A DNA stretch of 32,000 bases from Geitlerinema sp. BBD 1991-9 (GCA_001657325.1 LWRO01000040.1:1-32000), one strand, 5' to 3'. Positions 9,001-17,778 are shown, counted from the stretch's first letter. The notes: generated from the sequence alone by a model not told the origin. Translations and numbers: made by a program.

Positions 9001-9431
9001 AGTTGCTCGATCGCCTCGGCTCGTTTAGACGTTACAACGGTGCGCGACACGGAATCCCAATCCATTGCATAGAAAGAATGTGGAATTGTCGCATCATACG
9101 CCCGATAAAATTGCCCTCATTGTAGCGAGATCGTTTTCCGCAAACGAGAGCGGACTCGGTCTTAGTATCGCAAATGCTTATTCATGAAATATTCAAATTG
9201 GCAAGTATTTTTAATAAATTGTATTTAAATCGTATTTTTCTTAACATTTCTCTCAAGGGAACTCAGTTCGTGCGATCCCGATTTCAAATCCCAACGTCCA
9301 GATATAACAGCGATTTTAGCGAATTCAGTCCTCGATTCTTTTCTTGAAGATTTCTGAGTTCAATGCGGAAAATCTTTGCTATTATTAATGTAAAGTTATA
9401 AAAACTCAACAAACCTGGGTAGGATACGCAA

Positions 9432-9815
9432 ATGACTGGATTCATCCGCGGACTGTTCGGCGGTCGCAAACAACAATCGGCAGAGACCACCATCAAACCT
9501 CAAAGCGCTTCACAAGCTTATTTCCTCGACGACGATGCGGCGAAAACGCTCGGCGACATTGACTATATGCGCAAGAGCAAGCAAATCCGCCACACCTTCC
9601 CCAAGGTTGAAGGCTTCAACGTCGGCGGAACAGAGAAAGTGCATCAAGTGTCAGCGATGGAAGACCGCGATTATATGCCGGAGGAAACGACACCCTCTAG
9701 CAGCACGCCCTCGAGTTCTTCTCTGGGAAGCCAAAGCTTCCAACGTCGGAATGCAAAAACGGATACCAACATGGATATGTTCCGTAACATGGCGAAAAAT
9801 ATCAAGCGCCGTTAA
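9432..9815 (+). CDS. Hypothetical small protein (Ser/Thr/Pro-rich, likely disordered)
   Basis: 127-aa ATG ORF with an AT-rich promoter-like region upstream. No competing ORF except alternate-frame shadows. No family recognised. Confidence 0.55.
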   Translation: MTGFIRGLFGGRKQQSAETTIKPQSASQAYFLDDDAAKTLGDIDYMRKSKQIRHTFPKVEGFNVGGTEKVHQVSAMEDRDYMPEETTPSSSTPSSSSLGSQSFQRRNAKTDTNMDMFRNMAKNIKRR

Positions 9816-9974
9816 GCTGCTGCTGTCGTAACGATCGACGTTCTCAATTGGCGAGTTGGTTTTCCCGATAGCGAAAGCCAACTCGTCGTTTTATCGAAAG
9901 CGATCCGGAATCTGGCGATCGAACGGAAATTCTGAAACGTTGCGACTGCAAGTAACACTGGTATGAAACAGTTT

Positions 9975-11612
9975 CTAATTCAACGCACTTAAACAAGGTC
10001 GATCGTCGAAACCCATGTTATTACGAACTTGCACGTGGCACGATCGAGAAATTTTGCCGCTGCCGCGATTGCTGACAACTGCGTTGTTCCGTCCTCCAGC
10101 ACTCGCCACAACGGTGATATCACTGCTGACGGTGTTGTTTTCGACACGCACGTTTTCCATGGAGTACGATCGATTGTTCGTATCGGCGACGACGTAGATA
10201 CTTTCGACACGATTTCGATCGATCGAGACGTTTTGAATATCACCAACTTTATACAATCCGAGATAAGCATTACTGCGGTTGTCGCGAATCGTTAACCCGT
10301 TGACGGTGGTTCCTCCACAACAGGCTTGAATGAGAATGCCTTCCCCATCGACGCTGAGATAACCCGTATCTCCCAAGCGATGACGGTAGACTTCGAGATC
10401 GTTTCCCTCAATTTCAACGTTCCATCCCGACCAATCGATCGCTCGGTTTTCGAGGGTATTTGCCCCTCGCGGCTGTTTGAGTCCGGTGGCATCCGTCCAC
10501 CAGATTTTATCGGGTTCGTCTCGCACGATGTTGTCTCGGATGACTAACCCCGTTCCAGCGGCGTGAATGCCGACGCGCATCGTGTGATACACCCAGTTGT
10601 CACGAATGACGATGCCGGGACGAAACAATTCGGGTGAGGTTTCGGGGGTTGCGGAGGGTTGAAACTGTCCCGATCGATTGACGACGATTCCGTAATGATT
10701 GCCGTAGTGAAAGGGGACTTTGCCACCGTCGCGGTAGGTTAGGATGTCGTTGCCGTTGAGTGACTTGACGGTGTAACCCGGTTGCTCGAAATTGTCGGTG
10801 ATGGCATCGTTGAGGCGGTTGTTGGCAACGAGGATGTTTTCGGCTGCGTCGATTTTAAGGTTGGCGGCGAAACGAGAACTGTAGCGAAACCACGGCTTTT
10901 GAAACGATCGATCGGGAACGTTCGGATCGGGTTCGGCGACGTTGTTGTTGCGCAGGCCGAAGATAATGATGTTGTGGGATTGAGTCGTTTTGGGATCGCC
11001 AGCCAACTGAACGGCGGCTCGATCGAGATCGATGTAAACGAGGCCGAAATTGGCATCTCGACCGGGGTGTTCGATCGAAATTTTTTTAAACGCCGTTTCG
11101 TTGGGGGTTCCGTTCCCTGAGAACTGGGGTTCGTATTGGGGAAACTCAAATCGCGTCGGGGGTTGGAAGTTTGGCGATTGGGCATCGGTTATCGTGGGAG
11201 TTTGTCCCCGAACGACAATGTTATCGGACAGAACCAGCGTGTCAGAGAATCGATAAACGCCTGCGGGAAAATAGATAACACCGCCTCCGTTGGCGATCGC
11301 GGCCGCTCGTGCCGCTCGAAATCGATCGTCGGCGTTGCGACCGGGAAACGCTTCGATATTGTAAACGCACTGCCAGCGAATTTCGTTCGTCCAAGGATAG
11401 GCGGATTCGCCGTAGTGCTGGGTGATGGGATTCGCCGTTTCACCAGATTTTGAGGTTCCGCAAGCGTTGACGATCGAGGGTTCGATCGAGCCTGGGGCGG
11501 ACGAAACCGCCTGACGACCGGGATAGGTGCGATAGAGCGCATAACTGCCAACGACGAAGAGGAGCGAGAGAACGGCGATCGAGGCATATCGCCACCAACG
11601 GTCAAACAGCAT
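9975..11612 (-). CDS. Right-handed parallel beta-helix (pectate-lyase-fold) protein with N-terminal membrane anchor/signal
   Basis: 545 aa. N-terminal hydrophobic segment IAVLSLLFVVGSYAL, GGVIYFPAGVYRF motif typical of the pectate_lyase_3/GH28-like N-terminus, and periodic N/V/I-rich repeat turns (IVRDN, IRDNR, VENNTV). Confidence 0.65.
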   Translation of the reverse strand: MLFDRWWRYASIAVLSLLFVVGSYALYRTYPGRQAVSSAPGSIEPSIVNACGTSKSGETANPITQHYGESAYPWTNEIRWQCVYNIEAFPGRNADDRFRAARAAAIANGGGVIYFPAGVYRFSDTLVLSDNIVVRGQTPTITDAQSPNFQPPTRFEFPQYEPQFSGNGTPNETAFKKISIEHPGRDANFGLVYIDLDRAAVQLAGDPKTTQSHNIIIFGLRNNNVAEPDPNVPDRSFQKPWFRYSSRFAANLKIDAAENILVANNRLNDAITDNFEQPGYTVKSLNGNDILTYRDGGKVPFHYGNHYGIVVNRSGQFQPSATPETSPELFRPGIVIRDNWVYHTMRVGIHAAGTGLVIRDNIVRDEPDKIWWTDATGLKQPRGANTLENRAIDWSGWNVEIEGNDLEVYRHRLGDTGYLSVDGEGILIQACCGGTTVNGLTIRDNRSNAYLGLYKVGDIQNVSIDRNRVESIYVVADTNNRSYSMENVRVENNTVSSDITVVASAGGRNNAVVSNRGSGKISRSCHVQVRNNMGFDDRPCLSALN

Positions 11613-11758
11613 CTCGATTCCCTCTCGAACGGTACGAATCGCGGGGTTCCCAGTGGGGTTTGAATGCTTTTCTGTCGAGTGTCCCCATCCGGAACTTTTG
11701 ACTGTATCGTAGGGGAAAATGCTTCGATCGAGAAGTCACACCTCAAAAGGAGAGCGCT

Positions 11759-12259
11759 GTGGTGAAATACATCTGTTCGGTCACGATTTCCGCGTGTGCC
11801 GTTGCAACTGTTGCCAGTTTGATGTCGATCGAGCCGCGTGCGGCAATGGCGCAGACATCGATCGATAAAAAAACGCCCCCCATACAAGAAACGGTTATCG
11901 AACTCTCTTCGTCTCCTCTCGCCAATACCACTTGGAGGCTGGCATCGTGGAATGGTGAATCCGTTGCTGCCGATCTTCCTCCAATTACCGCTAATTTTTC
12001 AGCGGACGAGATTCGCGGGTCGGCGGGTTGTAATACCTATTTTGCAGGATACGAAATTTCTGGAACTGGAGAAATGACGGTGTCCCCAGCCGGTTCGACA
12101 CAAATGGCCTGCGAACCGGGCGTAATGGAGGCTGAGTTTCAGTATCTCACGGCGTTGTCAGGGACGACGGGCTTCGAGATCGATGCCAATGGAGATCTCC
12201 GTCTGATGTTTGATGGGGAATCGGACTCGGGACAAATGACGTTTTCCGCGATGCGATAG
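11759..12259 (+). CDS. META domain (HslJ-like) secreted protein
   Basis: Signal-peptide-like N-terminus. TWRLASWNG...GSAGCNTYFAGYEISG...MACEPGVMEAEFQYLTAL matches the META/HslJ domain pattern. Confidence 0.75.
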   Translation: MVKYICSVTISACAVATVASLMSIEPRAAMAQTSIDKKTPPIQETVIELSSSPLANTTWRLASWNGESVAADLPPITANFSADEIRGSAGCNTYFAGYEISGTGEMTVSPAGSTQMACEPGVMEAEFQYLTALSGTTGFEIDANGDLRLMFDGESDSGQMTFSAMR

Positions 12260-12445
12260 TTTGAGGCGATCGAACACTGAGGGCCGTGTTGTTAGATGGC
12301 AATAGAATTCTATCCCAGTGTATTACAGGCCAATCCAGCGAAGCTTTCGTGTTTTTACGGATTTTAGAGCCAGATGACGCATTGATTTTGCGTAGATTCT
12401 TCTGGTCGAATTTTCAGGGGATTTTGCCAAAAAAACCGCGAAAAA

Positions 12446-13786
12446 CTACTTAGGGGTGACGGCGGTGCGAGAAGTGGTCTGTTTTTTCGATCGACGGACG
12501 AGGCGAGGCGGAATGGCATGAGCGGAAACACCGTAACGCGCGGCGGCTTCTGCCATGGTGAACGCGAGTAAGCGGGAGTCTCCGAGTTCGATCGATGGCT
12601 GGGGAACCGTTGGCGTAACCTCCAAGGCTTTGAGGATTTGTCGGGCCACCGATCGCGCTAACAGTGGAGGAACAGAGTTGCCAATTTGCCGAAAGCCGTG
12701 CCATTTGGTGACGTGGCAGCGAAACCAGTCGGGGTAACCGTGCAACCTCGCGGCTTCGCGCACGGTGATGCAGCGTGGACAGTGGGGGTGAATCGGACGG
12801 GGTGACGTGAACGCGCCGCGACTGCTGGGGGTTCCCGCTCGCAGGGTGTTGCAAATGCCGTTGGGATCGAGTCGGAGAAAGCGACTGATAGATTCGACTT
12901 GTCCCGGTTGGGTTTTCTGAAATCGATCGATCGACGGACGAGTGTGTCGGGTGCGCCGACTTCCGGTGAGGAGCTGTCGATCGAATTGTCTCGGATAGGC
13001 GAAATTTTCGGGATCGATCGTCAAACCCCGTAGGATCGCACCGTACTCGCTCGGTTCGCCGAATTCAGCCTTGACGGTATCTTCTAACATGAGTTCGGCA
13101 TAGTTCTCGATTTGCGGTAAGTCTTGCAACGCTTCTCCGACGGTGGGAGAGTTGGGCAAGCCGAGCAGTGCTTTCGATCGTCGTTTGGCGTTTGCGGGTT
13201 GGGTACGCGGTTCGGGATACCTCAACGGTGGAACGTTGCGATGGTAGCCGAGGAGAAATAGCCGTTCGCGATGTTGGGGAACGCCGTAATAGGAAGCGTT
13301 GAGTACGCGATAGGGCGTTACGACGTTGTAACCGTAATAATTGAATTTTTCGATAACTTCTTGGAGAAACTGTTGGTGTCTGCCGATCGCCATGCCTTTC
13401 ACGTTTTCCATGACGAAATATTTCGGTTGCAATGCCGAGACGAGGCGTAGAAAGTGAAAGACCAAACTGTTTCGAGGATCGTCGAGGAGACGTTTGCCGA
13501 TGAGGGAAAATCCCTGACAGGGAGGGCCGCCAAACACCACGTCTAACTGCCGTCCCCCGACTTGGTCGCGAATTTCTTCTGGTTTCACCTCGGCGACGCT
13601 GCGACAAATCACTGGTGTGTGGGGAAAGTTATATTCGTGAACGGCGCAGTGAACGGGATCGAGTTCGACGGCGGCTACTACGTCAAATCCCGCCTGCTCG
13701 AATCCGAGGCTCATTCCACCTGCTCCGGCAAACAGATCGATCGATGTCGGTCGCTCCATTGATTGTTCCTTGATTCGAGCCTCCAT
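12446..13786 (-). CDS. DNA (cytosine-5)-methyltransferase, solitary (no restriction enzyme or vsr gene adjacent)
   Basis: Motif I DLFAGAGGMSLGF, motif IV GGPPCQGFS, motif VI ENV, motif VIII QHRERLF, motif X QIGNSVPPLLA. An alternative start lies at MERPTSIDLF (13759). Confidence 0.92.
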   Translation of the reverse strand: MEARIKEQSMERPTSIDLFAGAGGMSLGFEQAGFDVVAAVELDPVHCAVHEYNFPHTPVICRSVAEVKPEEIRDQVGGRQLDVVFGGPPCQGFSLIGKRLLDDPRNSLVFHFLRLVSALQPKYFVMENVKGMAIGRHQQFLQEVIEKFNYYGYNVVTPYRVLNASYYGVPQHRERLFLLGYHRNVPPLRYPEPRTQPANAKRRSKALLGLPNSPTVGEALQDLPQIENYAELMLEDTVKAEFGEPSEYGAILRGLTIDPENFAYPRQFDRQLLTGSRRTRHTRPSIDRFQKTQPGQVESISRFLRLDPNGICNTLRAGTPSSRGAFTSPRPIHPHCPRCITVREAARLHGYPDWFRCHVTKWHGFRQIGNSVPPLLARSVARQILKALEVTPTVPQPSIELGDSRLLAFTMAEAAARYGVSAHAIPPRLVRRSKKQTTSRTAVTPK

Positions 13787-13882
13787 TGTACTTGTGGGAT
13801 TTACGAGTGTCGATCGTAGAAGCGTTCTGTTTCGTTACATCGTAGTTTGGGAGGAAAGATCGATCGATTGGAGACTCACACC

Positions 13883-14428
13883 ATGGCCCATATCGAACTT
13901 CCCGAACTCCCCGGTATTGCAGCATTGTTGACCTATCGTCCCGACACGGGAATGCTACTCAACCAACTGGCTGACGTGTTGTTACGGGGGGAATCGCCCC
14001 TATCGCCAGGAGAGCGGGAACTCATGGCTGCCTATGTTTCGGCGTTAAATGAGTGTCAATTTTGTCGTGCGTCTCACGGAGCAGTGGCTCGACAGTTTCT
14101 CGAAGATGGCGAAAATGAAAATGTGGTTGAGGCGGCGATCTGTGACGTAGATAATGCTCCGATTAGTGAGAAGCTCAAAGCACTCCTGCACGTTGCGGCG
14201 AAGGTACAGATGGATGGGAAGCAGGTGAATGCGGAAGATATTCAACGGGCCAAAGCGGCGGGAGCGTGCGATCGATCGATTCACGATACGGTGTTGGTGG
14301 CGTCGGCGTTTTGTATGTACAACCGCTACGTCGATGGTTTGGGAACGCACCTTCCGCCGGATGCCACGATGTTCGATCGAGCGGCACGTCAAATTGCTGA
14401 GGTGGGTTATCGAAACAACTGGGTTTAA
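13883..14428 (+). CDS. AhpD/carboxymuconolactone-decarboxylase-like peroxidase-related protein
   Basis: ATG at 13883 with ggag upstream (the track ORF begins at an upstream TTG at 13847). CxxC-type motif ALNECQFCRASH in an all-helical ~180-aa protein, typical of the AhpD-like family. Confidence 0.7.
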   Translation: MAHIELPELPGIAALLTYRPDTGMLLNQLADVLLRGESPLSPGERELMAAYVSALNECQFCRASHGAVARQFLEDGENENVVEAAICDVDNAPISEKLKALLHVAAKVQMDGKQVNAEDIQRAKAAGACDRSIHDTVLVASAFCMYNRYVDGLGTHLPPDATMFDRAARQIAEVGYRNNWV

Positions 14429-14483
14429 AACCCCGCCCTTCTAGGGCGGCTTTACAATAGATGTTAGTGGTTAAACTGCCCAA

Positions 14484-15257
14484 ATGACACTTCGAGCGTT
14501 CCGATATCGCTTCTATCCCACTCCCGAACAAGAATCTGCGTCGGACGGTGGGGTGCGTGCGTCTCGTCTACAACAAGGCGTTGGCAGCGAGATCCCAGGC
14601 GTGGAAAGAGCGACAGGAGAAGGTGGGGTATCGCGAAACCTCGAAGATGTTGACGCAATGGAAGAAGGAAGAGGCGTTGCAGTTTCTCACAGAAGTCTCT
14701 GCTGTCCCCCTTCAACAAGGATTGCGCCATCTCGACAAGGGGTATCGAAATTTTTTCGGCGGACGTGCCAAGTCTCCCCGTTTCAAAAAGAAACGGAATG
14801 GAGGTAGCGCCACCTTTACCAAAGCGGCGTTTCGGTGGCGAGACAATTCCCTGTATTTAGCCAAATGCAACGCACCGCTCGACATCCGATGGAGTCGCCA
14901 ACTCCCCAAAGGAGCCGAACCTTCTACCGTCACGGTTCGACTCGACCCCTCGGGACGTTGGCACGTTTCCATCTTGATAGACGACGACACCGTTAAACCG
15001 TTGCCAAAGTCTGAGAAAAGCGTCGGTGTAGATGTGGGAATCGCCCATCTCGCCATCACCTCGGATGGTGAAAAAGTGAAAAATCCTCGCCTTTACAGTG
15101 AACAGCCAACAGTGAGCAGTGGACACTGCTCACTGCTCGCTGTTCACTGCTCACTGAAAAAGCGGTGGGACACACCGTGACCGCCTGTGGAGCGAGTGTA
15201 AGACTTGAAGGACATCGTTCCCGAGAGCAACTGCGAAAAACCCCTGAGCGCAGTTGA
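14484..15257 (+). pseudogene. tnpB: tnpB (RNA-guided endonuclease TnpB/OrfB) pseudogene, frameshifted and internally deleted
   Basis: MTLRAFRYRFYPTPEQE (frame 3), then NLRRTVGCVRLVYNKAL... (frame 1) after a frameshift near 14530-14540. It continues to the RuvC-I GVDVGIAHLAITSDGEKV and breaks at 15095. The C-terminal tail AVGHTVTACGASVRLEGHRSREQLRKTPERS* resumes at about 15163-15257. The central ~180 aa (RuvC-II/III, Zn finger) are missing. Confidence 0.85.
15096..15156. repeat. STRR-like heptanucleotide repeats arranged as an inverted pair (long hairpin) at the tnpB deletion junction
   Basis: CAGTGAA CAGCCAA CAGTGAG CAGTGGA followed by CACTGCT CACTGCT CGCTGTT CACTGCT CACTG. The core cagtgagcagtg-ga-cactgctcactg (15110-15135) is a perfect 12-bp inverted repeat. 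Confidence 0.8.
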
Positions 15258-15330
15258 AGGGGAAGGAAACAGGAACCCAAATCGTGAGGTTTGGGAATCA
15301 CCGTCCTTCCAGGGCGGTGAGGATGTCAAG
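15160..15330 (+). ncRNA. Putative omega-RNA (reRNA) scaffold of the TnpB element (3' end of tnpB plus right end)
   Basis: The position overlaps the tnpB 3' end and extends to the right end. The terminal stem-loop caccgtccttccagggcggtg is followed by aggatgtcaag. No covariance model was run, so this is inferred from known TnpB/omega-RNA architecture. Confidence 0.35.
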
Positions 15331-15358
15331 TTGGGGTTCTCCAACAGTTTCTCGATCG

Positions 15359-15742
15359 TTAGCTCGATCGTTCCTCAACGTCTAAAGCGTGGTCTTGTAA
15401 AACCTCGAGGGGAACGACTTGTAAGGTGTTTTCGTGGGTGGATGCGAGCAGGACGGGCGGCGCACAACCGGCATCTCGTGCTTCTTTCCACCGCAGGGCG
15501 CACAAGCACCATCGATCGCCGGGTTTCAAGCCGGGAAAGTGATACTCGGGAACGGGCGTACTGAGATCGTTGCCTTGAGATCGGGTGAATTCGAGAAATT
15601 CAGCGGTTATTTCCGCACAGATGACGTGGGAACCGAAATCTTCGAGTCCGGTGTTGCAGAAGCCATCGCGATAGAAGCCGGTGCGTGGGGAAAAACAGCA
15701 GGGTTCTAGGGGTTGACCCAGGACGTTTTTCGATCGTGTCAT
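15359..15742 (-). CDS. DUF2237 family protein
   Basis: 127 aa. NVLGQPLEPCCFSPRTGFYRDGFCNTG...GDRWCLCALRWKEA matches the conserved Cys-rich DUF2237 pattern. Confidence 0.75.
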   Translation of the reverse strand: MTRSKNVLGQPLEPCCFSPRTGFYRDGFCNTGLEDFGSHVICAEITAEFLEFTRSQGNDLSTPVPEYHFPGLKPGDRWCLCALRWKEARDAGCAPPVLLASTHENTLQVVPLEVLQDHALDVEERSS

Positions 15743-15810
15743 GATGGTTCGATCTCGTTGTGGGCGTTGTGGGAATTATGACAAATTCAAGGATCGATCG
15801 AAATGGGGGG

Positions 15811-16344
15811 TTAGCAATTTCGGTAAGTTGTTCGATCGTGACGGTAGAGGATATGAGGTAATCCGACGTGAAGAAACGCTCGATCGTGGTGAAATCCGAG
15901 TTTTTCCATGACCCGCTGTGAGGCTCGGTTGGTCGTTAGTGTAAAGCAGACGATTTCGCTGAGATGTAGTGTCTCAAATCCCACGTTTAAAACGGCTGTT
16001 CCCATTTCGGTCGCGAATCCGTTCCCCCAACGTTCTGAAACGACGGCGTACAACAGTTCGATTTCTTCAACGCCATCGACGAGACTGTGTTTTAAGCCGC
16101 AGTATCCGATGGATCGATCGATCGGTTTTTCTCGAAATATCCAAACGCCGAACTGGTAAGTTTCCCAATGGTTTAACATCCGTTGGAGTTTTTGTTGAAT
16201 GGTTGCTTCGGGAAACGGTTGTCCGTCAGCTGATAGGGTTTTCGCGACGTTTCGATCGCTCCAAATTTTTTGCAGAACGGTTCGATCTTCGGGTTGTAAG
16301 CGGTGGGAGATCGTTCGATCGGTTTCTAGGGTTTCGATCTTCAT
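15811..16344 (-). CDS. GNAT family N-acetyltransferase (RimJ/RimL-like)
   Basis: 177 aa. GNAT motif A region LLYAVVSERWGNGFATEMGTAVL, followed by NRASQRVMEKLGF, typical of Acetyltransf_3-type proteins. Confidence 0.75.
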   Translation of the reverse strand: MKIETLETDRTISHRLQPEDRTVLQKIWSDRNVAKTLSADGQPFPEATIQQKLQRMLNHWETYQFGVWIFREKPIDRSIGYCGLKHSLVDGVEEIELLYAVVSERWGNGFATEMGTAVLNVGFETLHLSEIVCFTLTTNRASQRVMEKLGFHHDRAFLHVGLPHILYRHDRTTYRNC

Positions 16345-16506
16345 TTTTTAAGAAAAGCATGAAAATTGAGTAATGGTAGGGTGTGTTACGCGGACAAAAA
16401 ATGGGTTTAAAATCCCGTTCATGAGATTTCCGCGTAACGCACCCAGCACTTTTGTACCGCTGCCCTAGGGTTTCGATCTTCATTTTTTAAGAAAAGTATG
16501 AAAATT
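16326..16506. repeat. 42-bp direct repeat (16326-16367 and 16465-16506, 1 mismatch) flanking a 97-bp hairpin-containing insert
   Basis: ctagggtttcgatcttcattttttaagaaaag[c/t]atgaaaatt occurs twice. The insert carries the inverted repeat gggtgtgttacgcgga (16378-16393) / tccgcgtaacgcaccc. The duplicated segment includes the GNAT start codon and its first 6 codons (MKIETL). Confidence 0.85.
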
Positions 16507-16740
16507 AAAATTTTAGCTATTTACAATATCAAATTGTATTAAATTTTAGAGCCAGACTTTATATTATAGTTTGTCAGGCATGGATTTGTATTTGCTATAA
16601 TTAGAGTAAAAAGCAAAAATCATGACTTCATCTACAAAACGATACGCCAGCTATCCAGTAAGCATTCATGAATTTGAACTATGTCGCCAACTATGCCAAT
16701 CTAATAAAGGTATTCAAATCCTAAAAATAATTAAACCGTC

Positions 16741-17244
16741 GTGATTTATTTCATTACAGGCGGACAGCGTTCCGGCAAAAGCAAATTCGCTCAACAGTTA
16801 GCCAAACGCTTGTCGGACACACCGATTTATCTTGCCACATCGCGCGTTTGGGACGACAACCACTTGGCGCGAATTCGACGTCATCAGATCGATCGAGATG
16901 CGAGTTGGCGAACGGTGGAAGAAGAAAAATATATTTCCAAGCATCAATTTACGAGGGAAGTGGTGGTTCTCGACTGCATTACGCTTTGGCTGACAAACTT
17001 TTTCGCGGATACGGAATTCAACCTGGACGAGACGCTGGAACTGGCGAAAGGAGAACTTCTGGAATTTCTCGAGCAAGATTTTACGTTAATTGCCATTTCC
17101 AACGAAATCGGCATGGGATTGCACGGGGAACACGAAAGTGGACGGAAGTTTGTGGATTTGCAGGGGTGGATTAATCAATTCCTCGCCGAACGAGCGGATG
17201 AGGTGTTTTTTATGGTGTCGGGTTTGCCACTGAAGGTGAAGTAG
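16741..17244 (+). CDS. cobU: Bifunctional adenosylcobinamide kinase / adenosylcobinamide-phosphate guanylyltransferase
   Basis: 167 aa with a GTG start. P-loop at the extreme N-terminus, IYFITGGQRSGKSKFAQ. Length and layout (…ATSRVWDD…RIRRHQ…VVLDCITLWLTN…) match CobU/CobP. Confidence 0.85.
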   Translation: MIYFITGGQRSGKSKFAQQLAKRLSDTPIYLATSRVWDDNHLARIRRHQIDRDASWRTVEEEKYISKHQFTREVVVLDCITLWLTNFFADTEFNLDETLELAKGELLEFLEQDFTLIAISNEIGMGLHGEHESGRKFVDLQGWINQFLAERADEVFFMVSGLPLKVK

Positions 17245-17353
17245 TGGTGACGGAGACGGCGAGAACCCTGGAATCTCAAAGATGCCGGGGTTCTTTGGTT
17301 CAGAGATTACCGAGTTTCAACGCCCTATCTCGTGAATTAACGTATCGATCGAC

Positions 17354-17740
17354 TTAACTGTTGAAAATGGAATCGATCGAAACCGACAGTTCGGGAAACG
17401 TCGGCGAAACGATTCGATCGAGTTCTCGATAAGCCTTCATTTGATAAGTTCCACTTTCGTCAAGATAAAAAACAAATATCGTCGGTTCTTTCAAATTTCC
17501 CAAATAGCTATGACTGGCGATTGCCAAATAATTGACAATCCAATATTCAGGAATTCCAAAACGTTGATATTCCTCGAATTTATTCACGTAATCGTCTTCC
17601 TAATTTTTCAAAACCACTTCAACGTGATTTTTTTGCGAATGAGTTTTTGAGGAAACGTCACGATCGACCTCCAAATTTAGGGTGTACGAGCCAACTATCT
17701 CGAGCGTCGCGTCGAAGGTCTTAAACCGACGATGAAATGA
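17354..17740 (-). pseudogene. Uma2 (DUF820) family endonuclease, decayed copy with an in-frame TAG and no N-terminus
   Basis: C-terminal KFEEYQRFGIPEYWIVNY is the Uma2 signature. The frame continues upstream as ...NHVEVVLKN*EDDYV, with a TAG at 17600-17602 (minus strand). No start codon for the upstream part. Confidence 0.7.
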
Positions 17741-17778
17741 GAGAGAATCGGGTGTTGGGGGCTGAGCTTGGCGACCCT

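Larger units (their letters stand above)
14430..15330 (+). mobile_element. Internally deleted tnpB-only IS200/IS605-family (IS1341-like) element remnant
   Basis: Left-end hairpin ccgccc-ttcta-gggcgg (14433-14449) and right-end hairpin caccgtcc-ttcca-gggcggtg (15299-15319). They are 15/17 identical over ccgNccttcNagggcgg. They bracket N- and C-terminal pieces of tnpB. The ~0.9 kb length is too short for an intact element. Confidence 0.75.

Noticed and set aside
11189-11887. 232-aa minus-strand ORF spanning the beta-helix gene 5' end and the divergent intergenic region
   Set aside because: It is an alternate frame of the 545-aa gene, whose N-terminal anchor and beta-helix repeats are coherent. 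This ORF's product is low-complexity, and the ORF would overlap the META-gene promoter and start.
12361-12374. 14-mer attttagagccaga shared between 12361-12374 and 16543-16556
   Set aside because: A single shared 14-mer is within chance expectation for all-vs-all comparison of a 32-kb window on both strands. There is no extended similarity around it.
13065-13607. 180-aa Arg-rich ORF inside the methyltransferase gene
   Set aside because: It is an off-frame shadow of a gene with all canonical m5C-MTase motifs.
15205-15564. 119-aa plus-strand ORF crossing the IS right end into the DUF2237 gene
   Set aside because: It spans non-coding IS end sequence and is antisense to a well-supported conserved gene. 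The frame differs from the tnpB C-terminal tail.
16500-16740. Looked for a cobalamin riboswitch upstream of cobU
   Set aside because: The AT-rich leader has no B12-box-like element (GCCACTG core) and no conserved riboswitch helices that I could see.
16622-16744. 40-codon ORF (MTSSTKRYASYPVSIHEFELCRQLCQSNKGIQILKIIKPS) whose TGA overlaps the cobU GTG start (GTGA)
   Set aside because: The overlap suggests coupling, but the ORF is short, AT-rich and without recognisable similarity or a clear RBS. I cannot support it as a gene from the sequence alone.
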